From an uncultured Pseudomonadales bacterium (GTDB lineage: Bacteria > Patescibacteriota > Microgenomatia > UBA1400 > PJMF01): DNA of 64,000 nt. Numbering within the stretch: position 1 is the stretch's first letter; each line of letters opens with the position of its first letter. Location of the stretch: positions 37,565 to 101,564 of the forward strand of contig CAZWWE010000003.1 of NCBI GenBank assembly GCA_964637295.1. The letters are read 5' to 3'. Position numbers and translations under genes: made by a program. The notes under the pieces were generated by a model. The model ran no database searches, was not told where the DNA came from, and was given only the letters and a program-made list of their open reading frames with translations. Shown here piece by piece: positions 28,731 to 37,860 of this stretch.

Positions 28731-29780
28731 ATGTCAATTAAAAAATATCTCTCATTTTCTTTGCTTATTAGTTTGTTGACTTTAGTTTTTTTAAGTAAAC
28801 CGACTTTGGCGGCTTCAGCTTTGGACTTAAAAATTTATCCACCAGTTGCCTATCTATCAGTTAAGCCTGGCGCAGGCATTAACCACCTAGTCAAGCTGAG
28901 CAATCAAGGCCTTTACACTTTAGAGATTGCTCCGACTTTGGTTAATTTTCAGACTGATGGCAAATCTGGAGCAGTTATTTTAGAGCAAAGTAGTGATTTT
29001 ACTTACCTTAATTTAGAAGCCGATCCGGCCAATTGGGGTAAATCTTTTATTCTTAAACCAGGAGAAGAAAAAAATCTTAATTTTGTTATTGCTCTTCCCA
29101 GCTTGGTGCCAGAAAAAGAGTTTCATTTATCAATTTTATTTCAAGCCAGACAAGTGGCACAAGGTAGCAGCCATCAACAACAAGCAATTCTGTCAGCGAT
29201 TGTGGCCAGCAATGTCGTTTTGGCAGTGAGTAATGAAGGGCAAAATCGCGGAGAATTGGTCATTGAACAATTTAATGTACCCAAGCTAGCCGACAGTTTG
29301 ATAGGTTTTAGTTTCAGCGCTTTGTTAAAAAACATTGGTTCGAATGCTACTCCTATTACTGGACAAATTAAAATTAGTCATTGGCCAGCCGCCCAAGCAG
29401 AAATATATCAGTTATATCCAGATATGGTTTTGGCTGGCAGTCAGCGCTTGGCTCGAACAATGAGCGAGACGGAGCTAAAAAGTTTAACGCAGCTCGAAGA
29501 AAGTAAGGCAGTTTTAGCTGCCAACGGTGAAGATTATGCAGCTCGCAAAGCTCAATTAATTAGAGAAAAATTAAAATCGCAAGTTTTTTATAAAAAAAGC
29601 TTTTTACTTGGTGCTTATGATTTAGAATTAGCTGTTGGCGAGCAAACATCGAGTAAAAGGGTGATAGTTTTGCCTTTTTCGCTATTGTTCATCGTTTTAA
29701 TTCTGCCGATTCTTTATACTCTATTTAGTCTGTTACAAAAATTGACGCAGAAAGTTATTTTAAAAAAACCCGATAATTAG
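28731..29780 (+). CDS. Exported protein with a C-terminal transmembrane anchor, paralogue B1 (DUF916-like architecture)
   Basis: Signal peptide, then a beta-rich domain (DLKIYPPVAYLSVKPGAGINHLVKLSNQGLYTLEI...), a coiled region, a C-terminal hydrophobic anchor and a basic tail (KKPDN). It is a paralogue of B2. Confidence 0.55.
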   Translation: MSIKKYLSFSLLISLLTLVFLSKPTLAASALDLKIYPPVAYLSVKPGAGINHLVKLSNQGLYTLEIAPTLVNFQTDGKSGAVILEQSSDFTYLNLEADPANWGKSFILKPGEEKNLNFVIALPSLVPEKEFHLSILFQARQVAQGSSHQQQAILSAIVASNVVLAVSNEGQNRGELVIEQFNVPKLADSLIGFSFSALLKNIGSNATPITGQIKISHWPAAQAEIYQLYPDMVLAGSQRLARTMSETELKSLTQLEESKAVLAANGEDYAARKAQLIREKLKSQVFYKKSFLLGAYDLELAVGEQTSSKRVIVLPFSLLFIVLILPILYTLFSLLQKLTQKVILKKPDN

Positions 29781-29832
29781 CAAATTAATAGTTGACGACC
29801 AGACTTAAACAGGTTTATGCTTAAGTAAACTT

Positions 29833-31275
29833 ATGAAATTCAAGCAATTATTGTTTTTATTCACCCTTGTTAGTTTAGTTTTTTTGGCAGCCAAGAAAAA
29901 TCTGGTTTTTTCTGGTGAATTCACCAATGTTTCTGCTACCTTGAATAATGCTCGCTTGTCTTTTCGTGGAGCTTTGGAAGGCACCCAAACTACAGGTTCA
30001 TCTTTGGTGACCATTGATACCGGCAATTACCCTTCCGAATCGGTTTTGCAATTACAAAATCGCGATACTTTGACCATTAATGATAGCACTTACACGGTGG
30101 CCACTACGATTGATGATGCTAGTGATAATACTTTTAACTTAACTGCTGGTTTAGATGCCAGTGATATTACTAACGATGCACCCATTTACGGCAATCAAAG
30201 ATCTAGTTTGACCGTGCGCCTAAAAACCATCAGTGCTTTAAGCGCTGGTTCATTTCGCATCTTAGTGCCAGCAATTAGTAACACTGGCACGGATCACGAT
30301 GGCATTCCAGATGCGGGTGGTTTCGATTTTGGCACTGGTACCACCGCCGCCATCACTTGTCCGACTCTAGCTGCCTATGGCACTTTTACTGCTGCAAGTA
30401 CTCCAGCCCAGAGTGCAAGTGTAGTAATTGATGGAGTTAATTATCATTCTTTTGTTTGTGAATATAGCGGCTTGGGAGAAGTAGGCACCGATTTTGATGG
30501 CACCGATGCTAATCCTTTTGTGATTAGCAACTTGATTAATCCGGCTCCGAAAACTGGCACTGACAATCATACTTTGGGTCAAGCAGATACCTATACAGTA
30601 ATTATTCAACATCGCGATGCTGCCGATACGGTGATTGATCAAACTTTAACCAAAATCGGTGTAGTTGATGCAGTCAAAGTTTCAGCGCAAATTTCACCAC
30701 AAATTACCTTTACCATTGCTGGTTTGCCAGCAGCCACCAGTGCTTGTGGAGTCAGTACTAATGTTGCTACCACCGCCCTGACCGTTCCTTTTGGAGAATT
30801 GACCATTGGTTCTTTTGTGAATGCAGCCCAGCGTTTAACAGTTACTACTAACGCGATTGGCGGCTATACCGTGACCGCTGCTGAGAATGATCAGCTTGGT
30901 CGTGAAGCCAACGCTTGTGCCACTGATGGTTCTGCGAGTATTACTTGTTTGGTCGATGCTAGCGTGACTGGCGCCAGCCACACTGCTGCTGCTGATTGGA
31001 CTAATGCCTCCACCTATCCAGGTTTTGGCTACAGTTTGTCTTCGGCAGTCGGTTCACCAACTTTAGTTTTTACTTACAATGAGTCCTCACGCACTTTTTC
31101 TGCTAAGCAATTTGCTGATTTAGCTGCTGGAGAGTTGGCGCAAACTATTTTTCAACGCTCGACGGTAACTGCGAGCGATGCCGTCAATGTTTGTTACAGA
31201 ATTGCTCCAGCAGCCACCAATGCCGCTGGAAATTATGAAAACTATATCGTATATACAGCTTCGGCTACATTTTAA
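29833..31275 (+). CDS. Exported Thr/Ala/Gly-rich surface protein, paralogue A2
   Basis: Signal peptide. The central region is low-complexity T/A/G/S-rich, which looks like beta-strands. The C-terminal domain is homologous to A1. Confidence 0.55.
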   Translation: MKFKQLLFLFTLVSLVFLAAKKNLVFSGEFTNVSATLNNARLSFRGALEGTQTTGSSLVTIDTGNYPSESVLQLQNRDTLTINDSTYTVATTIDDASDNTFNLTAGLDASDITNDAPIYGNQRSSLTVRLKTISALSAGSFRILVPAISNTGTDHDGIPDAGGFDFGTGTTAAITCPTLAAYGTFTAASTPAQSASVVIDGVNYHSFVCEYSGLGEVGTDFDGTDANPFVISNLINPAPKTGTDNHTLGQADTYTVIIQHRDAADTVIDQTLTKIGVVDAVKVSAQISPQITFTIAGLPAATSACGVSTNVATTALTVPFGELTIGSFVNAAQRLTVTTNAIGGYTVTAAENDQLGREANACATDGSASITCLVDASVTGASHTAAADWTNASTYPGFGYSLSSAVGSPTLVFTYNESSRTFSAKQFADLAAGELAQTIFQRSTVTASDAVNVCYRIAPAATNAAGNYENYIVYTASATF

Positions 31276-31285
31276 GGCTTAAACT

Positions 31286-32299
31286 ATGCGCAAAAACTGC
31301 CCTGTTTTTAAAATTTTTCATAAACTTAGCTTAACAATCTTGGCTTTGTTTTGTTTTTTGCAAAGCTATGGTATGGCTTTAGCTGCCACTGATTTATCTT
31401 TGACCGCTACCCCAGTGAGATTGGGAGATGATTACAGCATCAAATTGAAACCAGGTGAAAAAAAGCAAGTGCAGGTCAAAGTACGCAACGGTTCTACTGA
31501 TACTTTGGAAATTGAAAGCAAAGCATTGGATTTTGTGGTCGCAGAAGACGGCTTTTCTCCTCTTTTTGTGGACGCTAAAGAAGCTGATCCGCGTTGGAGT
31601 TTGGCTTCGTGGCTGACTTTAGTGCCCAATGAGCATAAGTTAGCCAATGAAGAAGTGGGCACAGTTAACGTTTTAATCGAAGTGCCAAAAAATGCTTTGC
31701 CAGGCGGACACTACGCGATGGTTTATCATCGTCCTCTAGCCTCGACAGCTTTAACTGAGTCTGGATCTGGTATTGCTCAGCGCGTTGGGACTCTACTATA
31801 TGTCGTAGTCGATGGTCCAATCAATGAAGAAGCTTATATTAGCAAGTTTCATTGGCCCAAATTTCTCGAAAATGGTCCGGTTAATTTTTCCTTACAAATC
31901 GATAACCAATCTGATGTCCATATTAGTCCACAGCCTATTTTAAAAATTTATAATTTATTTGGTAAAGAAGTAGCCAAGATTGATCTTGAAGCGAGAAACA
32001 TTTTCCCCAAAACACAACGCGAATTTAGTGGCACTTGGAATAAAATTTGGGGACTAGGTTATTATAAGGCTATAGTTGAGGCTAGCTACGGTAGTGAGGG
32101 TCGCATGTTAAGCGCGGCAGCTGGTTTATATTTAGTGCCAGTCAAATTAATTCTCTTGATTTTAATCATTATTTTGTTAGGTATTATTTTGACTTTAACG
32201 ATCAAAAAACGTCGCCAGCATCAAGACACTGCTGCTAAATCTGATCTTGATTTAGAAACTCAGCATGAAGAAACTGATGATGGAGCAGCAAAAAATTAA
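31286..32299 (+). CDS. Exported protein with a C-terminal transmembrane anchor, paralogue B2 (DUF916-like architecture)
   Basis: Signal peptide, then DLSLTATPVRLGDDYSIKLKPGEKKQVQVKVRNGSTDTLEIE... and ...HYAMVYHRP. It has a C-terminal transmembrane segment and a KKRRQHQ stop-transfer followed by an acidic tail. Confidence 0.55.
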   Translation: MRKNCPVFKIFHKLSLTILALFCFLQSYGMALAATDLSLTATPVRLGDDYSIKLKPGEKKQVQVKVRNGSTDTLEIESKALDFVVAEDGFSPLFVDAKEADPRWSLASWLTLVPNEHKLANEEVGTVNVLIEVPKNALPGGHYAMVYHRPLASTALTESGSGIAQRVGTLLYVVVDGPINEEAYISKFHWPKFLENGPVNFSLQIDNQSDVHISPQPILKIYNLFGKEVAKIDLEARNIFPKTQREFSGTWNKIWGLGYYKAIVEASYGSEGRMLSAAAGLYLVPVKLILLILIIILLGIILTLTIKKRRQHQDTAAKSDLDLETQHEETDDGAAKN

Positions 32300-34295
32300 A
32301 CCCTTTTTAGCTTGGGTTTTGGGCTTACTAGCTTTTTTATCGCTATCTGTCTGCGCCCGAGCACAAGACGTGAGCGTTAGTGCCTTAGTCCCGGATAGTC
32401 AACCCCCGACAGTGCCAATTTTAATTTCTCCAGAGGACGGAGCCATTATTAGTGATAACACACCAGCTTTTAAGTGGTATGCATCTAGCGATAACAATGG
32501 TTTATCTCATTATGCTTTATATTTAAACAATAATTTACTCTATGACCAAATTCCTTTAAGTGCGGTAGAAAATAGCAATTACAAATTAGAATTTGACCAT
32601 CTGAATGGTTTTTATACGTTGACCGTTAAAAAAAGTTTAAGCGACCGCACTTATCAGTGGAAAATAGTAGCTGTTGATTATGCAAACTTGAAAGCCAGCT
32701 CAGATATTTGGGATTTTACCATTGACACTTTAGCGCCCAATTTTACTTTGAGCCAAATTGGTGATACCGCAGTCCGTATCTCAGCCAGCGAAGTTGGCTC
32801 AGTTCCTACTGAGCCAATATTGATCTTTAAAAATGACGCTACTGCCAACGAACCCATTCTTAAGGCCAGCGGCGAAGCTTATAGTCAGGTCAAATTAACT
32901 GTGACCATTCCCAATGATTTAACTCAAGTTTTTAATACTCAAATTGATAAAAATGGAGTTTACGAAATTAAACTAGGCATTTTGCCTCGAGATGTTGATA
33001 TTAGATTGGATTTTATTATTACTGATCGCGTCAATCATGTGAGTGTTTTGGAAAAAGTATATTTTCGTATTGCCCTACAATATTGGCCAACAGCCGCCTC
33101 TCCCACTCAGGGATCGCCCACTCCGGACTTTAGCGTGACTCCTTCAGTTAGCTTGTCTATCAAGCCTTCTATTAGCGCCAGCCCTAGTTCTTCTTTGAGT
33201 CCAACACCAAGTTTGTCAGTTACTCCAAGCTTGCAACCTAGCGGTTTTGTCCCAATTTTGCCACCCAAAGAAATGGTTCATGAGTTGAGCGATGAATTAA
33301 TTGAATTTTTACCAAGTGACGCTGCCTGGCAAGTGAAAAATTTTTTGCGTTCTCAAGCTTGGCTAAATTTAGCCCCTAATCTATTTTTATTGTTTTTTGT
33401 ATTTGCTTACTTTTTGGCCTTTGTTGGTTTGCTAAGCAAATTTTGGCATTTTTTATCTTGGAAATTATGCCGCAAACTAGTCTTATTAATGTTGCCATTT
33501 TTACCAAAAGCTAAAAAAAATTTAGTTTTTGAATACAGTCAAACTACGGCTAGTCCGTTAAGCATAGTGAGCTTACTTGACGATCGGGGGCAGGAAGTGG
33601 ATTTTACCTTGACCAACTTGCAAGGCAATTTTGATGATTTTAAGCTTTTGCCGAAGCAATGGAGCTTGCGGGTTAAAGATCCTAATTTTTATTTTCCTAT
33701 CGGTGAAACTAAGCCTGAGCAATTAGCTTTTTGGCAATTCTATCAAGGACAAATTTTTGATCAACAGAATTATTGCGGCCAAGCCATTCTTCTGCCTACC
33801 CTGCGTGCTGCTGGTCAAAAGCACCTGCCTTTTTGGGAGAACTGTCGCATTTTGATTTTGTATTTATTGGAATATCCGTGGTGGTTTTTAAGTACATTAT
33901 TGGTTTTGAATTTGCTTTTTACCCTGCGCTATCCAAGTTTGGCAAATTATTTGATTTTGGGTTTTTATATTTTAGTGGCCATGAGTAAAATTGTGACCCT
34001 CAAAAAGTTTGCTAAAAAACTGTCAATTACCCTGACTATTGATGCGCAAACTAATTTTAATGACAATTTAATTGTTTCTTTGAGTCAAGCCAATTACCAA
34101 TCTGCCCAATCTGTGGTTTTGCCTTTTAACTTTGCCAAATCTAAAGAAATTAAACACTCATTAACACAAGGTCAAATTGTAGTTTTTGCCAAAAATCTGG
34201 CTTTAGTGCATGAACAAAAAATTGTTGCCATGCAACAATTTGTCTGCAATCAAGCGCAGACTTCGCTGCCTCTTATTTTAAAAAAAGTTAAATAA
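32265..34295 (+). CDS. Large exported and membrane-embedded protein (Ig/Fn3-like N-domains, Ser/Pro linker, polytopic membrane domain, C-terminal domain)
   Basis: Signal peptide. SPTQGSPTPDFSVTPSVSLSIKPSISASPSSSLSPTPSLSVTPSLQPSG is a low-complexity linker, followed by ~6 transmembrane helices. This is the last gene of the operon. Confidence 0.5.
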   Translation: MKKLMMEQQKIKPFLAWVLGLLAFLSLSVCARAQDVSVSALVPDSQPPTVPILISPEDGAIISDNTPAFKWYASSDNNGLSHYALYLNNNLLYDQIPLSAVENSNYKLEFDHLNGFYTLTVKKSLSDRTYQWKIVAVDYANLKASSDIWDFTIDTLAPNFTLSQIGDTAVRISASEVGSVPTEPILIFKNDATANEPILKASGEAYSQVKLTVTIPNDLTQVFNTQIDKNGVYEIKLGILPRDVDIRLDFIITDRVNHVSVLEKVYFRIALQYWPTAASPTQGSPTPDFSVTPSVSLSIKPSISASPSSSLSPTPSLSVTPSLQPSGFVPILPPKEMVHELSDELIEFLPSDAAWQVKNFLRSQAWLNLAPNLFLLFFVFAYFLAFVGLLSKFWHFLSWKLCRKLVLLMLPFLPKAKKNLVFEYSQTTASPLSIVSLLDDRGQEVDFTLTNLQGNFDDFKLLPKQWSLRVKDPNFYFPIGETKPEQLAFWQFYQGQIFDQQNYCGQAILLPTLRAAGQKHLPFWENCRILILYLLEYPWWFLSTLLVLNLLFTLRYPSLANYLILGFYILVAMSKIVTLKKFAKKLSITLTIDAQTNFNDNLIVSLSQANYQSAQSVVLPFNFAKSKEIKHSLTQGQIVVFAKNLALVHEQKIVAMQQFVCNQAQTSLPLILKKVK

Positions 34296-34334
34296 AATAC
34301 TTTTTAATCAAACACAATGTTGTAAAATTGCTCT

Positions 34335-35615
34335 ATGTCTAACTCCGTTTTGCAACAGCTGCATTTTTTGATGGTGGGTTTTAATGCCAAAAAAATTCAA
34401 GTTGAATCAGCTCAGCAACTTGGTCTTAAAGTCAGCTTACTAATTTCTCGAGCCAAATATGAACCAGCATTCGAAGCAATGTTTCAGCAGGTTGTAGTGG
34501 TGGATGACATCTATAACTGGCCGCTAGTTGAAAAAGCTCTTCACCAATTTACAAAAATTGATGTGGTTTTGACTAGATCTGAAGACCATATTAATGTAGT
34601 GGGAGCGATCAACCAGCATTTACATTTGGCAGGCATAGATTATCAAACTGCGCGTAATTTTTGCAATAAATACTTGATGAAAGAAAAATGGCTAGCCGCA
34701 GGTGTGCCCTGCGCTCGAGGCATCTGTTTAGATGACCATCAAGATCTTGATTTATTTTTGCAGCAGCATCAATTTCCTTTGATGTTGAAAAAAACTTCCG
34801 CAGCTCATTCAAATTTCGTCATACGAGTGACTTCTCTGGCAGATTTATTGGATAAATGGCAATATTTAAAAAACAATGTTCAAGACGAAGTGGTTTCTAA
34901 AACTATGGCTGGTTTCAAGCAAACAAAACGGGCTTGCCAATTTGTTTTAGAAGAGACGCTGTCTGGTCGCGAATTAACGGTGGATACTTTTGTGCTTAAT
35001 GATCGTTATTTACACACGCCGATTTGCGAGTACGTCATGGCTGATGAGCTAAATGTTGAAGATACTTATTTGCCAATTAGGACGATGCCGATTGTTTTAA
35101 CTCAGGCACAAAGCGATTTGGTTTATCAAGTGGTGGAAAAAGCCTTGAGAGCTTTGGGAGCCAAAAATTGTGTGTGTCACACTGAGGTTTTTTTTGATGA
35201 ACAGAAAAATTATTGTGCAGTCATCGAAACTACAGCCAGAGGTGGTGGTAATCGCGCAGAGATGACTCTGGCAACTACTGGCTTTGATTACAGTTTAGCC
35301 GTTTTTCAAGTTGCTGCTGGCCTTGAGCCCCCATCAATACCCGCCCCACAAAGGGCCATTTCCGTAGTCGAATATTTTGCCAAGCAAAAAGGTTATTTCC
35401 AAGATTTGAACCTAGATTTTTTAAGCCAAAATCCTGCGGTGACCAATATTCAACTCAAATATAAACCTGGTCAATTAGTTGAAAAAGCTAAGTTTGGGGG
35501 AAAACCCATTATTAGTTTTTTTGTCAAGAAAAATACAGCCTTAGAAAGTCAAGCTTTGGCCAAAGAATTATTTAAAAAAATTCAAACTACAATAAAAATC
35601 GATTATCTTGAATGA
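34335..35615 (+). CDS. ATP-grasp family ligase (carboxylate-amine ligase-like)
   Basis: Pre-ATP-grasp domain followed by an ATP-grasp fold (PLMLKKTSAAHSNFVIRV...; ...CHTEVFFDE...IETTARGGG). Confidence 0.6.
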   Translation: MSNSVLQQLHFLMVGFNAKKIQVESAQQLGLKVSLLISRAKYEPAFEAMFQQVVVVDDIYNWPLVEKALHQFTKIDVVLTRSEDHINVVGAINQHLHLAGIDYQTARNFCNKYLMKEKWLAAGVPCARGICLDDHQDLDLFLQQHQFPLMLKKTSAAHSNFVIRVTSLADLLDKWQYLKNNVQDEVVSKTMAGFKQTKRACQFVLEETLSGRELTVDTFVLNDRYLHTPICEYVMADELNVEDTYLPIRTMPIVLTQAQSDLVYQVVEKALRALGAKNCVCHTEVFFDEQKNYCAVIETTARGGGNRAEMTLATTGFDYSLAVFQVAAGLEPPSIPAPQRAISVVEYFAKQKGYFQDLNLDFLSQNPAVTNIQLKYKPGQLVEKAKFGGKPIISFFVKKNTALESQALAKELFKKIQTTIKIDYLE

Positions 35616-36576
35616 TTTTTCGTACTTTACTTTTGTATAAATCAGGATCGGCAGTAAAAATTTTGGGTAAAAGAATTGGCTGGACAATGGCCAGCTTTTC
35701 AACTTTTTTGATATCTTGAACGGCAATTTTACCAAAGTAAAGTTTACTCGGATCAGCATCATTTTTTTGTAAATATTTTAAAATCTCGATAAAGCCTTCA
35801 AAGTAAACTAAATCTTTGCTAAAAGCTCCTTTTTGGCTAGTATCGGTCAAGCCTCTCTTTTTCTTCACCGTCCACCCCCAAGCCTTATTGGGATCTAGCC
35901 AAGCTCGCCAAAGAAAATTGAAAGTGCTCTGAAAATCTTTTCGCCAAGCCACATCATTGGCCAAATAATTGATGGCGCTTTTATAAGCGATACTTTGTTC
36001 TTTGGCGATCATCTCGTGAATAATGGCTAGTCCTTCTTCAGTACGCAGATGATTGTTTAAACCATAGCTTTTCTTTTTTTTATACCAGATTTGCTGTTCA
36101 TAATTATGTTGTCGCAATAAATGAGTATCTATTTCATGTGCCAAGATCCCGAGCATCTCTTCTTGAGTAATTTTGATCGGTAGAGCAATTTTAATTTCCC
36201 TATTTTTTAAATGAACGGCGCAGCGACTGACAAAGTTTGTTGAGAAGATGAGTCTATATTTATTTTCTAAGCCATATTGTTGCAAATGTTTGTCAAAGTA
36301 AGCACTTACCTCCTGCTGACTCAAATATCGAGTAGTGTTTTGAGTTTGTCTAATTTGTTTTTGCCAAGCTGCCTGATATTTTTTAAAAATATAATAAGCC
36401 TTGATTAAATAAGTCAAGCGAGGCTTGCCGTAGGCTAAAAGCTCATTTTTTGCAATTGGTCGCTGATAAACAAATTGTGGATTATATTTGTAATTGGCGG
36501 CAAAAAACTTAGCTTTTTCACTGGCTAAATTAAGAGGCACGAGTTCACTCAGTTTTAACATATGCTTGTCATTCAT
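35587..36576 (-). CDS. DUF1704 (QEGLA-motif) zincin-like metallopeptidase / carboxypeptidase
   Basis: HEIDTH is an HExxH motif and RTEEGLAIIHEM is a QEGLA-like motif, both hallmarks of DUF1704. Confidence 0.6.
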   Translation of the reverse strand: MNDKHMLKLSELVPLNLASEKAKFFAANYKYNPQFVYQRPIAKNELLAYGKPRLTYLIKAYYIFKKYQAAWQKQIRQTQNTTRYLSQQEVSAYFDKHLQQYGLENKYRLIFSTNFVSRCAVHLKNREIKIALPIKITQEEMLGILAHEIDTHLLRQHNYEQQIWYKKKKSYGLNNHLRTEEGLAIIHEMIAKEQSIAYKSAINYLANDVAWRKDFQSTFNFLWRAWLDPNKAWGWTVKKKRGLTDTSQKGAFSKDLVYFEGFIEILKYLQKNDADPSKLYFGKIAVQDIKKVEKLAIVQPILLPKIFTADPDLYKSKVRKIIQDNRFLL

Positions 36577-37855
36577 CGAAACGAATGATGAAGTTTTTTA
36601 AGTCTTTGCGGCCAATTTCAATTTTATTTGTTTTGCTATTGAGTTTATTACTCACAATCATGGTGGTTTTAACCAACTGCTCTTTCATTTTAAATTTCAC
36701 CTCCACAACTGGGACTTTACCTTCTTCTTTTTCTGCCTGAAACCACAGCAAATCGTCCACATCAATCAAACCTAATTCTTGAGCCAATTGTTTGGCGATG
36801 GCACTACTAAAGCGACCGGTATTTAAAAAAGCCACGGTTTCCAATTTGCGTTTTTGCTCTCCCCAAATCAACACAGTTTCGTGTAAATTCACAATAGGAA
36901 ATTCAGCCTTATTTTTAATTTTAGAGGCAAAGTCGCTGGCAAATAAAGCTTGGGCGACTTTCACTCCGTGTTTTGGGTTTTGAATATTGAGATCCTCGAC
37001 TCGCTCTAGTCGGCGACGCAAGCCAGCGCGATTAGCAGCTTGGATTGATAGGCCCGGAGCAGCATTGAGCTCCACCACCATTGGGCCCTTGTCTTTATGG
37101 ATAAATAAATCAACCCCAGCAAAATTTAATTCAGCGGCATTACTGGCAGCCACTGCAGTTTCTAAGATGCGGTTCCATTCAGGAATGAGAATGCCGTTGA
37201 GTTTCTTCTTGGTACCAGGCAAATAGTTGATGGGTTCACTTTTGTGTGCCACTGCGTAAGTAGTGATCCCACTAGCAATATCAATCCCAACCGCCAATGC
37301 TCCTTGAGTCACATTGGCTCGACCACCCGATTCTTCAGTGGGTAAACGCAACATTGCCATGACCGGCACGCTATTAAAAACTACCACGCGGATATCAGGT
37401 GTGCCTTTATAAGAATATTTTAATAATTTGGGATGAATTGGCACTCTTTCTTCAATAATGACATTGTGATTGAGACCATGAATGCTGTATTGTCCAGATA
37501 AAATATCATCACAATGCAGTTTAATATCTGCTAAACTCCATTTGTTGCCTAGCATGTCTTGCCAAGTATCGGGATCAATTTTTTCCCGAAAAGCCACTAC
37601 TCCAGTGCCAGCGTAGCCATTGGTGGGTTTGATCACAAAATTTTTTTCCAAACTTTGCCAGTTAAAATCCATGATGTCTTCATTAGTGGCTAAAACACCA
37701 TAGATTTCTGCGGTGGCAATTTGATAATCTTTGAGTAAAATTTTGGTGGCGTATTTAGAGTGAACGATGGCCTTGGCTTTATTTGAACTACGACTCAAGT
37801 ACAAAGAATTACGTGCATTAATTCCCAAAAGATCTTTGGCTTTGCTCACAAACAT
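36569..37855 (-). CDS. RimK-related ATP-grasp ligase (alpha-L-glutamate-ligase-like) with a C-terminal extension
   Basis: N-terminal LGINARNSLYL resembles the RimK-like N-domain. The ATP-grasp core reads FVIKPTNGYAGTGV...VVELNAAPG, and a ~130-aa C-terminal extra domain follows. Confidence 0.6.
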   Translation of the reverse strand: MFVSKAKDLLGINARNSLYLSRSSNKAKAIVHSKYATKILLKDYQIATAEIYGVLATNEDIMDFNWQSLEKNFVIKPTNGYAGTGVVAFREKIDPDTWQDMLGNKWSLADIKLHCDDILSGQYSIHGLNHNVIIEERVPIHPKLLKYSYKGTPDIRVVVFNSVPVMAMLRLPTEESGGRANVTQGALAVGIDIASGITTYAVAHKSEPINYLPGTKKKLNGILIPEWNRILETAVAASNAAELNFAGVDLFIHKDKGPMVVELNAAPGLSIQAANRAGLRRRLERVEDLNIQNPKHGVKVAQALFASDFASKIKNKAEFPIVNLHETVLIWGEQKRKLETVAFLNTGRFSSAIAKQLAQELGLIDVDDLLWFQAEKEEGKVPVVEVKFKMKEQLVKTTMIVSNKLNSKTNKIEIGRKDLKNFIIRFDE

Positions 37856-37860
37856 ATGCC

